From assembly GCA_001643675.2 (NCBI GenBank), contig LSRY02000002.1, positions 1,364,001-1,428,000 of the forward strand: a DNA stretch of 64,000 bases. The letters are read 5' to 3'. The notes under the pieces were generated by a model. That model did not search any database. It was not told where the DNA came from and saw only the letters and a list, made by a program, of their open reading frames with translations. Numbering within the stretch: the first letter of the stretch is position 1; every line of letters starts with the position of its first letter. Shown one piece after another: positions 38,409 through 48,276 of this stretch. The position numbers and the translations under genes were made by a program. The DNA comes from Monocercomonoides exilis PA203. Lineage: Eukaryota; Protista; Preaxostyla.

Positions 38409-38587
38409 ATGTGTTTTGTTTTTTTATTCTTTAATTAAATTTTTAAACAAATTCATTCGAATCATGGGTTTTGATCATTGTTTTCGTTGTGATCGAACTC
38501 ATTGATATTTTTTCTATGTTTGTTTTTGAACTTCAATTTCAATTTTTTCTCGAAAAATGATTCTAGGAATCGGTTTTTTGAACACAT

Positions 38588-38843
38588 GGGTGATTATTTT
38601 TGAAAGCATATTATTTATTTCAAAATATTCGATTCGAAAATTTCCCTTGAATATCAACAAAAGAACACAGATAAATGAAAAGGTTCATTGAAGAAATTAA
38701 TATTTTTTTTCGAGCAAAAATATTTTTTTTTTAAAACTATTATTATGAATAAAGCATTTGAATACAAAAAAATTTCACAAATACAAATGATTATTAAACA
38801 AACAACACATTGAAAAAAGTTATGATTTCAAAAATAATCATCC
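38588..38843. mobile_element. MITE family C (256 bp), nested in Merlin
   Basis: GGGTGATTATTTTTGAAA...TTTCAAAAATAATCATCC with ACAT on both sides (38584-38587, 38844-38847). Confidence 0.8.
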
Positions 38844-38849
38844 ACATTA

Positions 38850-39757
38850 TGAGAAGGAAAAAGCCATTTTGCAGGAAAGACAGGGTATTTTTTTCGTTCA
38901 TCAAAAAAGGCGGAAATGCATCACATCGGAAATGCAAAAAATGAAGATCAAAAAAATCTTTGTTATAAACATCAGTTTTGAAACATTATAAAATAGGGTT
39001 AGGAAAGATTCTGCTATTAATTCTTAATTTCTTCTCGGGTGTACCGAATAAAACTGCTTAGGATCTTCTGGATTTATCACATAATAGCGTTGGTTATTGT
39101 TACAGTTTTTGTCGTGTCACAGTCACGAATCTCTTGATATAGCTGGCAATCATTTTTGTGGGATCTGAAATCGTTGTTGAAATCGATGAAGCACTTTTTT
39201 TTAGGAGGAGAAAGTTCGAAAGAAGTCGCTCAAAATGGCAACAATGGGTTTTTGGAGCTATTGAGAGGAAAAAAGATGGAACAGTTCAGAAAAAAATGAT
39301 TTGGATTGAAAAATCGAAAAAAAGAAAGCACTTGCAACCGATAATTCAAGCTCACATTTAACAAAGATCAATGATTATGAGTGATGAGTGTGCTCCCCAT
39401 AAAGTTTTTCCGGATTTAGGTTATGAACACAATATTGTTACACATTAAAGAAACTTCAGAGATCCCATCACAGGTGCTTGAACTAATACCGTAGAAGGCA
39501 TGTGGTACCATATGAGATCATTTTTTCCACAATCGGGGTTTCGCCATAAATTTCTTCAAGATTATTTGTCAACTGTTGTTGTTAAAAGAATTATTGAAGT
39601 TCATTTTTTTCAATTTGTTGGAATGATTTATCAAATTGAGACTCTGAAAATACAAGAAGAAGATGACACGGAAGATGAAACATCAGATGTTGCAGATTTG
39701 GACAATATAATTGAAGATGCAAATTCTTCAAGAGGAGAAACTGACAGTGATCGTTAA
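38850..39757 (+). pseudogene. Merlin DDE_Tnp_IS1595 transposase pseudogene
   Basis: VVEIDEALF..RKFERSR..QWVFGAIER..LQPIIQAHI*..IMSDE..LGYEHNIVTH*RNFRDPITGA*TNTVEGMW gives the classic Merlin D-D-E motifs with at least three in-frame stops. The 5' boundary is approximate. Confidence 0.9.
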
Positions 39758-39895
39758 GGTGCTGGCGATGGCTCTTCAGCTTCAAGTTTTACAGATAATT
39801 AAAAAATATATAATTTTTAATTTTTTTTCCCTCAATTCAAACATATTTTTCACTTATTTTTTTGACAACAATTAATCATTCTTTGAACAAAATAT

Positions 39896-40162
39896 GGGGG
39901 AAAATATGAGACATCAAGCTTTTTCATTGAAAAATTATACACTTTTGATTAACTTTTTGTGATTAAAATTTATTGAAAATGAGAACAACTTTTGAATTAC
40001 GTGTGAGTTCACAAAACATTTTGTTTTTATATCAATGACGTTTGTTTACGGATTAGAATAATTCGATTTAATTTGTAATCTGAAAATGTTAAGAAATGTT
40101 ATGAGTGAAGCAATTATTATGTGCTTTGTGCATAAAAAGCTTGAAAGTCCGTATTTTCCCCC
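39896..40162. mobile_element. MITE family D copy 2 (267 bp), nested in Merlin
   Basis: GGGGGAAAATATGAGACATCAAGCTTTTT...AAAAAGCTTGAAAGTCCGTATTTTCCCCC with ATAT on both sides. Confidence 0.85.
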
Positions 40163-40529
40163 ATATAGCAAAAAAATCATTGGAAGTTGCTTTTTCTGTA
40201 AAAAAAAAGTCGGACCCAATATGTAACATTTTCCCATATTGTGTATTACCAAGTTTATTGGTACCCTAAAAAAACATTGTACTGATTTCAGATAACGAAA
40301 GAGTCAAAGAAACATTAGTCATTATTTTTTTCTTTTAATTGCTTTTGAGTTAAGTCGAAATAGAATATTTAAGTAGAATTTTATTTTTGTTGCATGAATC
40401 TGTCATTTCAAAATACATAAATTCACTTTTTCTTCTATGAAATTATGTTTTTGAAAAAAAACAATATTAAAAAAAAATATTGATCATCACACACAATAAA
40501 TAATTTTATGTTGAATCCAAGATTTTTCC

Positions 40530-43500
40530 ATGATTGCTAATTATTGTTTATGGCTATTATCATTGTTTTCTAGATGCACTGTGTACGAACGCTATGACAA
40601 ACAATCAATGAATCATCAAAGTTTTGCAATAATGACACAATTACCTTTGTGTTTTTCATTACAGAATTCCTCAGTATCATTTCATTGCATAAAATTCAAC
40701 AAAATTGAAAAGAATACACATCCTACAACTCAAAATGAGTCTTCGATCCTATTTTCTCATTGCATTTTTAATACAGATTTAACCAGGTCGGGCTTCATTT
40801 TTAAGTCAAATGGTTTCATCACCTTAATAAACTCTTCAATTCTAACAAATCCAGAAACAGCGCAACTTCCTTTCTCTTTTGCTGACTTTTACGGAGAAAA
40901 CGGACATCTATCCATTTTTGATTCACAGTTTCATGGCTTTATTCAACCTTTCAACTCACCATTTTTTTTCTCGGGAAAAATAGTATCCGAAGAGATAATC
41001 GAAACAAAATTTACTAATATTAGTACCAAATATAAATTGTCTGAAGAACTATGGAATCCATCAAACAAATTCAACATTGTATCAACACTTGAAGTTTCTT
41101 CAAGTGTGTTTTTGTGCACTTCACAATTTAAATCTGTTGGATTTCTTCTAGGCACTTGCACTTTAATCAATAATATTCATTGCTTTAATTCTTCCTTTGA
41201 GAAACTGATGATATGCAATGAAATTAATTCGTCTTATTCTTCAAATTGTAGCTGCTCATGCAACAAGAAATTTTCCTATTCAACCTTCCTGAATATAACC
41301 TCAACATCTAAATATTCAGGTTTGATTTCATCAACAGAACCAACACCTTCTTTTATTTTTGAAAACTGTTCTTTTGAGAACATTGACTCAAAAAATCAAG
41401 GATCATGCATATATCTTCAAAATGTTTTTATTTTGCTGATGAATCATAGCTTGTTTACAAACATTACTGTGAATAGTTTGGATTGGGGTTATGGCGGGGT
41501 TTTATTTGTAAATAACGGATCATTTCTTGTTGAACTCAGCAATTGCATTCTGAAAAACAACATTAATTTACGTAGTGCTTATGGAGGAATTGCCATATTT
41601 ACCGAACTGAAAGGGCAAGCACGTTTGGACGAATGTAAATTTGTCAACTGCTGCAATTATGTATCTCTTTACAAACAAAAGCAAACATCTTTTAATATTA
41701 TTAATAAAGGGGGAGGAGCCATTGCATTTATGAGTTGCCATAAAGAAGCAATAATTACTATCTCGCGATGTCTATTCAAGAAATGCTCTTCTTATGACAG
41801 AGGAGGAGCTTTATATTTTGGCAGCGCTTCCAGTACAATCAGTTCAATAAACATTTCTGATTCCATATTTGACAGATGTTTATCTGAAGGAAATTGCAAT
41901 AATGATATATTTTTGGATATGATAGAGCCGACTTGCTTGTACGTTATTAATTGCGTTTCTTTTTCTTATGCACCAGCGTCCCTCGATGTGAAGATATTTA
42001 GCAGCTTTATAAAACGTAGAAACAACGCAGCAAATGATTATATATATATAAATTCTTCTGGAATTGATGATAATAATTGTGGAACACAATCAAGTCCTTG
42101 CCAGACAATATCATACGCTTTTACACGCAGTGTTGCATTAAACTGTTCTACTATTTGTATTGCTGATGAAAATCAAATTCAAATGAGAACTTCAGCTGCT
42201 TTTAATGAGTCTATGTCAATTTTTTGTTCTGAAATCTATGGCGGAATATCAGTTAACATTTCAAATTCACAACCAGCATTTACAGTGAGATCAAACTTTA
42301 CAATGTTTAATTGTTCAGTTAAAATCCTTCAAGAATTCGGTAAAATTTTTTCAGTGGAAAACAACTCAAGACTCGTTTTTAAAAATGTAAGTATTGATGG
42401 AGTTGAATTTAACAATTTACAGAATTTCTCACTTATCAGTGGTGAATTATCTTTTTTGCAATTGGAAAGTTGCACATTTGAAAAATTTAGCGGAGAATTT
42501 AATTTATTTGACATTGATGAACACCAAAGTATTGAAATTTCTATATGGCATCTTAAGGTTGAAAGTTGCAGTTTAAGAGTGTGGAATAAGGCCGTTTTGA
42601 CAATTCCACCTTCTGCACAAGTTGATATAGTAGAATTAGTATGTTTGAATGTTTCATCAAGTTATTCTGGATATGGGGGAGGACTTTTTGTTGATGATTT
42701 AACTTCTGCGCCATTGAACATAACAAATTCAACTTTTCAAAACTGTAGAGCAGGCTCAGCAGATGGATCTTCTTTTGGAGGAGGAATTTGTATAAATGCA
42801 ACTAATTTGAACGATTTTAAAATGAGTCACATTTCATTTTTAAGTAATGAAGCTGATGTGGGTTCAGATATGTTTATTATGTGTAAGTCTCTTAGGAACT
42901 TAATTTCAAGAAATATTGCAAATTTATTTGAATGCTTATCATATGAAAATAATTCAGACTGTTTTAAAGGGAGAGATACAACTGAATTCTTTGATCCCGT
43001 AAGCATTCTTAATTTTTTCCCACCATTTAATGAAATTTATGTAAATGATACAGGAATAGACAATGACTACTGCGGAGATATAAGCACACCTTGCAAATCT
43101 TTGGATTTTGGATTTAGACATCTGAACATATCTGACATTGATGAAGGTGAAAGAGTAGTGATTTTGAACGGAAGTATCAATATGACTAAATATTTTATAT
43201 TTTATTACTATCACGTAAGCATTAAAGGAATGAATGTATCAACTGTCTTTTTGTCATCAAATCCACCACTAAGTGAACGAGAAATCGATTTTGATAATTC
43301 TTCAGTGTATATTTCAGAAACTAAGTTTCGCATTTGCAGTTCATTTGAAAATGTTTTTATGATAAATAATTGCAACGTAACTTTTGATGAAATAATGATT
43401 TCAAGCGAAGCATATGAAAAATGCACAAAAATAATTTTAATGAAGAGCGGTTCCTTAGTGGTGCGTAACTCATACTTCGAGAATATAACAGTTGATAAAA

Positions 43501-46500
43501 GCGTGATTTTTTGCGCTGATGCGTTCAATGGCTGTTATGTTTATATTTTTCGTTCATTCTTTTCTTCAATTGAAGGTTTATCAGGAGCCTGTTTATCAAT
43601 TGATGACAAAGTCAATGAATATAAAGTTAAGTTTTCTGAAAGTGTTATAAGAAACATAACAGGACAATCAACGAGAGGAGGTGGAATATATATCAACGGA
43701 TCATCAGATAGCGAATTTATATTTAATTTTTCAAATATAGAGCGATGCGTTCTTAGAGAAACAGAGAGTTTTGGAGGAGGCATTTATTTAGAAACATACA
43801 GTTCCGCTTTTGTTTTTTCTTTAGGAAATTTTGTGGAAAATAAAGCGAAATTCGGAAACGTAGCATTTTTATATTGTTTGGAACTTGTTAATGTTGTAGA
43901 TTCAACGACTATTGTTTTCAATGTTCCTATGAATGATTTCCTATTCGAAGATGTCATGGGTAATGATGAAAACCGTTTCGAAAAACCAATAGACTTGAGA
44001 TATTTTCTTGGATATTATGATCAACCAGAACGAAATTTAAATATTTCTATCAACGGGAATAATACACCTTCTTGTGGATCTAGCGATCCTTGTCAAACTC
44101 TCGACTTTGCATTACTCCTGTTGTTGAATATTTATGGAGATAAAAGAATAACAATATTAAATGAAACGGCATGTCAATCAACAATTTCATTTTCTGAAGT
44201 GCAAGTGCAAAATTTTGGAAATGAAAACGCGGTAATAAAATTCAAAAACGGAAGCTATTATTCTGATTTACCAATAGTATCTTTTTTTGGCTCTTGTGAA
44301 TTCGACTTTATCAATTTTCATTTACCAACTCATATTTCTTCAAACACAAACATATTTTTCTTTCAAAATAACGGGGATCTTTCAGTCAATAATTGTTCAT
44401 TTGCCTATGAAAATAATTTAGTGAATCAAACCTTATTTCGTTTTGAATCTGGCTACGCATCTTTTGATTGCTGCAGCTTCTTAGGAGAAACTCACACATA
44501 TGGAATTTTCCAAATTAATTTGATTTTTTACGGTCTTGCAATGAATAAGTGCGAATTTCATGCATTTAACTTGAAAAATTATCCACTATTTAATTTATCT
44601 TCCACATCCAGCTATAATGCTCAACACGTCACTTCTTTAGCATCAGATACATCATTTCATGACTTTTCACAAGTTTCATCATTATCCTCTGCGACTTCAA
44701 GGAAGAAATTACTTGCTCCTTCTTCATCCCTTTTTTTAAATTTGAGTTTTTGCTGCTTCTACGATAATGTTCAAGAAGCTGCGAAACCTTCAATTTTTGA
44801 TTCTGAGTTTTCAATCGAACGATGCATTGTCAACAATTCGGAGATTAGAAATTGCACTGCTGGTAATTCAATTGTTGGAGGAGCACTGCGCATAATCCCC
44901 AAATCAATAGCACAGTCAAATTTTTTGATCCATAACACTTCTTTTCTGTCTTGCACTTCATCATCCAGTGGAGGAAAAGGTGGAGGAATGTTTTTAAATT
45001 TTTCATTACTGAATCAGTCATCTGCTAATGATCAATCAGTTGTAAGATTTCTGCTTTTGACGTTTGATTCAAACATTGCATTTTTAGGGAAGGATATTTT
45101 TATTCTATGTGCAAATTGCGAACGACAAATGCCATCTTTAATGATGTTGCTTACAAACGAATCTTCTTTTGATGCAGACCATTCAATTGCCGTTGAAGAT
45201 GAAACTGGAGAAGTTGATCCTGCTTTATATTTTTCATTAATTACCGACAACCTAACAACAATTCACGTTGATTACAATGGGACGAATTCTGCAATTTGTG
45301 GAGACAGGCTGGACCCGTGTCTGAATTTAGAGTTTGCAATTTCGAGATTGAACGAATCAACTTCTGAACCTTGGATAGATGAAGACCATCTTTATTTAAC
45401 ACAGAATGATATATGTGTTATTACAATAGCTCTCATTATTAATCCTATCACCTTGCGATCTGTTAGATGCTCTGGAGAAAATAGCGAGTCAGAATTAAGA
45501 TTTTTATCAAATGCCACATCTTTTTCATATCTTATTAATTGCGAGAAATCAACAAAATTTGTTGGGTTGACTTTCGCAATTCTTGGAGAAGGATTCATGA
45601 ATGTTAGTACTTTGTTTTGTGCTGAAGGACAGACACATAATTCTGTATTAGAGATGAAAGACTGCAAAACTCAGATTTTTTATGCAACATCCTCTCGACT
45701 AAAATTAAGATGCACACTAATTATAGTGAAAGGGAGTTCATTGATAATTAATAATTGTACATTTTCTGATTTTACTATAAACACTCCTTTTATATTAACA
45801 CAGAATACGTACTTTTTGAGAATTGAAAATTCTTCATTCAGTAACTTTTATGTGAACTCTCCACTTTTATCACTGACTTTTGCGCCTAGATTTACGAGTA
45901 TCCATAATGTGCGTTGCGAGAGAAGTCATTTTGATGAATATGGATGCTTTTTATTGATAAATGAATCAACTTTAGAAATTACCAATTGTGCAATACAAGT
46001 CGAAAACAATATATCATCCACTCTAAGTGTGAACTCAGATTCTTGGATTTATACAACTTTTACTTGTGGTTGGAATGGATCAATAATTAACCTGTATGAT
46101 GTAAATGGAAATATGGAAAATACGAGTATTTCTCATGCTTCGTTTGGAGCTTTGGCCGTTAGTAACTGTGAAATCTCCTTTAGGAACATGCTCTTTATTT
46201 CAAACAAACCGATGGAGTATCCAGTTGAAACGTCGGCAGAGCGCAATGCCATCTGCACAGATTCAAACATATTTCTTCGAACAATGTCAGAATGGATGCT
46301 GCCAGAAAATGAAAGCGAAAGCGAATCTATTTATCGGTCAATGTGGTTTATTTCAAATAATTGTAATGCTTCATCAAACGATGAGCAACAAATCAACAGT
46401 TTATTCCGACCTCGTTTAAGAGAGGTTACAGCCGAAATAATAGAACACGATATACATTTTACTTACATTGGTTCAGATATTTTCCCATGTAATTTAAAAC

Positions 46501-47345
46501 ATCTCGTTGAAACCATAAAGTCTGGAATTTCGGTCTCGAAATTTATATTAGAATTGGATTATATTGTTAACGAATCAATGGCCGAAGGTTCAATTCCATT
46601 AACAGTTTTCGAGAAAGCATCAGATTACGACGAAGTTGACGCTTGTCTTGTAACAGATTACGATGGCAGGAAAATTTATTCTCAGAAAATTGTGTTGGGT
46701 AACATATCCCATACAACACCAATGGAAGAACCTTCAATTTTTATTCCTATTGAAAAGAAACCAAGAAAAACAATGATAATTTGCTTTGTGGTGTCTGGAG
46801 TGTTATTGCTGCTGTCCCTTATTATTGCAGTATTTATGATTTTGTTATCTTGCAAGACCCGAAAAATAACTGCTCAGCTGCATAACTTCCAAACAGACAA
46901 AAGAAAAAGAAAAAGATTAAAAACAAAGAGCAAACATTTGTCAGGAGAGGATTCACATCCACTTCGACAAAAGAACAATTCTTTTTCAAGGACGATTGAC
47001 AACGATGATTCGCTGTCAACTTCCAGAAGCCAGCTGATTCCCAGTATTCCAGTCTTAACACAACCTCCACACCCCGCTGCTCTGTCAAGGAACATTCAAG
47101 GATTTGCACCTTCTTCACAAACTTTAAGTTCGAATATCCCTTCAATGAGTCCAAATGCATCAACTTCATATTCCATACTTCAGTTAAACAACACAACTAA
47201 CCAGAACACTTCAAGTTCTCTTTCTTTTGTTAACCATCCCACAAATATGTCTTTCTCTTCAACATTTAGTGGAAGAGATGATCCTACTTTGATGGGTGAA
47301 CTTGGACGTTCATCGTCTCCCATTCCCACAGAAATCATCAACTGA
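40530..47345 (+). CDS. 2271-aa intronless type I membrane protein with pectin-lyase-like / PMP-like beta-helix repeats
   Basis: Hydrophobic N-terminus, recurring GGAI/GGGI and FxxC/FxxN motifs, four IxVxxxGxDxxxCGxxxxPCxxL modules, one TM helix (IICFVVSGVLLLLSLIIAVFMILLSC, ~46775-46850) followed by basic residues, and a Ser/Thr-rich tail. Confidence 0.85.
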   Translation: MIANYCLWLLSLFSRCTVYERYDKQSMNHQSFAIMTQLPLCFSLQNSSVSFHCIKFNKIEKNTHPTTQNESSILFSHCIFNTDLTRSGFIFKSNGFITLINSSILTNPETAQLPFSFADFYGENGHLSIFDSQFHGFIQPFNSPFFFSGKIVSEEIIETKFTNISTKYKLSEELWNPSNKFNIVSTLEVSSSVFLCTSQFKSVGFLLGTCTLINNIHCFNSSFEKLMICNEINSSYSSNCSCSCNKKFSYSTFLNITSTSKYSGLISSTEPTPSFIFENCSFENIDSKNQGSCIYLQNVFILLMNHSLFTNITVNSLDWGYGGVLFVNNGSFLVELSNCILKNNINLRSAYGGIAIFTELKGQARLDECKFVNCCNYVSLYKQKQTSFNIINKGGGAIAFMSCHKEAIITISRCLFKKCSSYDRGGALYFGSASSTISSINISDSIFDRCLSEGNCNNDIFLDMIEPTCLYVINCVSFSYAPASLDVKIFSSFIKRRNNAANDYIYINSSGIDDNNCGTQSSPCQTISYAFTRSVALNCSTICIADENQIQMRTSAAFNESMSIFCSEIYGGISVNISNSQPAFTVRSNFTMFNCSVKILQEFGKIFSVENNSRLVFKNVSIDGVEFNNLQNFSLISGELSFLQLESCTFEKFSGEFNLFDIDEHQSIEISIWHLKVESCSLRVWNKAVLTIPPSAQVDIVELVCLNVSSSYSGYGGGLFVDDLTSAPLNITNSTFQNCRAGSADGSSFGGGICINATNLNDFKMSHISFLSNEADVGSDMFIMCKSLRNLISRNIANLFECLSYENNSDCFKGRDTTEFFDPVSILNFFPPFNEIYVNDTGIDNDYCGDISTPCKSLDFGFRHLNISDIDEGERVVILNGSINMTKYFIFYYYHVSIKGMNVSTVFLSSNPPLSEREIDFDNSSVYISETKFRICSSFENVFMINNCNVTFDEIMISSEAYEKCTKIILMKSGSLVVRNSYFENITVDKSVIFCADAFNGCYVYIFRSFFSSIEGLSGACLSIDDKVNEYKVKFSESVIRNITGQSTRGGGIYINGSSDSEFIFNFSNIERCVLRETESFGGGIYLETYSSAFVFSLGNFVENKAKFGNVAFLYCLELVNVVDSTTIVFNVPMNDFLFEDVMGNDENRFEKPIDLRYFLGYYDQPERNLNISINGNNTPSCGSSDPCQTLDFALLLLLNIYGDKRITILNETACQSTISFSEVQVQNFGNENAVIKFKNGSYYSDLPIVSFFGSCEFDFINFHLPTHISSNTNIFFFQNNGDLSVNNCSFAYENNLVNQTLFRFESGYASFDCCSFLGETHTYGIFQINLIFYGLAMNKCEFHAFNLKNYPLFNLSSTSSYNAQHVTSLASDTSFHDFSQVSSLSSATSRKKLLAPSSSLFLNLSFCCFYDNVQEAAKPSIFDSEFSIERCIVNNSEIRNCTAGNSIVGGALRIIPKSIAQSNFLIHNTSFLSCTSSSSGGKGGGMFLNFSLLNQSSANDQSVVRFLLLTFDSNIAFLGKDIFILCANCERQMPSLMMLLTNESSFDADHSIAVEDETGEVDPALYFSLITDNLTTIHVDYNGTNSAICGDRLDPCLNLEFAISRLNESTSEPWIDEDHLYLTQNDICVITIALIINPITLRSVRCSGENSESELRFLSNATSFSYLINCEKSTKFVGLTFAILGEGFMNVSTLFCAEGQTHNSVLEMKDCKTQIFYATSSRLKLRCTLIIVKGSSLIINNCTFSDFTINTPFILTQNTYFLRIENSSFSNFYVNSPLLSLTFAPRFTSIHNVRCERSHFDEYGCFLLINESTLEITNCAIQVENNISSTLSVNSDSWIYTTFTCGWNGSIINLYDVNGNMENTSISHASFGALAVSNCEISFRNMLFISNKPMEYPVETSAERNAICTDSNIFLRTMSEWMLPENESESESIYRSMWFISNNCNASSNDEQQINSLFRPRLREVTAEIIEHDIHFTYIGSDIFPCNLKHLVETIKSGISVSKFILELDYIVNESMAEGSIPLTVFEKASDYDEVDACLVTDYDGRKIYSQKIVLGNISHTTPMEEPSIFIPIEKKPRKTMIICFVVSGVLLLLSLIIAVFMILLSCKTRKITAQLHNFQTDKRKRKRLKTKSKHLSGEDSHPLRQKNNSFSRTIDNDDSLSTSRSQLIPSIPVLTQPPHPAALSRNIQGFAPSSQTLSSNIPSMSPNASTSYSILQLNNTTNQNTSSSLSFVNHPTNMSFSSTFSGRDDPTLMGELGRSSSPIPTEIIN

Positions 47346-48276
47346 TTGACTTTATTTCTATCTCTTTTTTTTTCCTTATTGAATCTATTCAAACATGTTT
47401 AGATTTTCATTCTTGTGATAATATTTTTTTTTATTGATAAAGCTGTGTTTACGTGCTTTTGCTCTGTTTTCATCTGAAACACATATTTTAACTTTTTCGA
47501 AAAACTCTATTAATTTTTGCTATGAATTGCTTTTCAATCAAACATTCTCTTCTTAAACATTTTTTTTTATTCATTTATTGTTCTGATTATTTGAAAATTT
47601 CAGAACAATGTTTGCTTGTTCGAACGAACAATTTTATCAAGTGTTTTTTGAAAGGATTATCTCTTCATTTGCTGTTCAATATTTATGTGCTTATTAAGTA
47701 ACATGAACAAATTATCTATTTTGCATTTCTTTTAGATTCTTTTCTTTTCTAATCTTTCTTTCTTTCTTTCTTTTTAAAATTTTTGATCTTTTTTTGGTTT
47801 TAATTTATATATATATCTTTTAAACACATTCATCTCTTTTCCTTATTTCATCGATTTTTTTAAAAATTATCTTTTTGTAACAGTTTCTCATATAACTCCT
47901 TAATTATACAACCATTTCACTTTTTTCAACAAGCCTGAAGTTGACACATTACTCTTTAAATCGAAAATTAAACATGACAATTAAAAACGAGCGAGCTTCA
48001 TTTTTAAAATGATAAAAAATATTGTTTTGACCTCATTATCAATATTGATTATGTTTATGAATCGCAGAAAACATAAAACATATTGATTTTTGTTTCGTAA
48101 TAATTTCTTTCAATATCAATATCACAATATTTGTTTTATTGTTCGAGCATTAACAATTCAATGGTGTTGGTGAAAAATATATATGTTTTCACACTTGAAA
48201 AATTTGTGTGAATTGATCTTGAGCCATTTTTCATTTATTATTTTGTCTGAAACTCAATAAGTTACTGACCGAACAA

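Larger units (their letters stand above)
38056..40235 (+). mobile_element. Merlin (IS1595/ISXO2-like) DNA transposon carrying three nested MITEs
   Basis: TIRs GGTTAGATGTTACATATTGGGTCC / GGACCCAATATGTAACATTTTCCC. Perfect 8-bp TSD ATATTGTG at 38048-38055 and 40236-40243. IS1595-type transposase inside. Confidence 0.92.

Noticed and set aside
13295-39483. In-frame TAA/TGA in transposases as evidence of a non-standard genetic code (TAR=Gln occurs in some oxymonads)
   Set aside because: Intact host genes end in TAA (H1, HSP20, AP4S1, GH25), TAG (SAPLIP, DENN) and TGA, and multi-kb ORFs have no internal TAR. The stops are ordinary TE decay.
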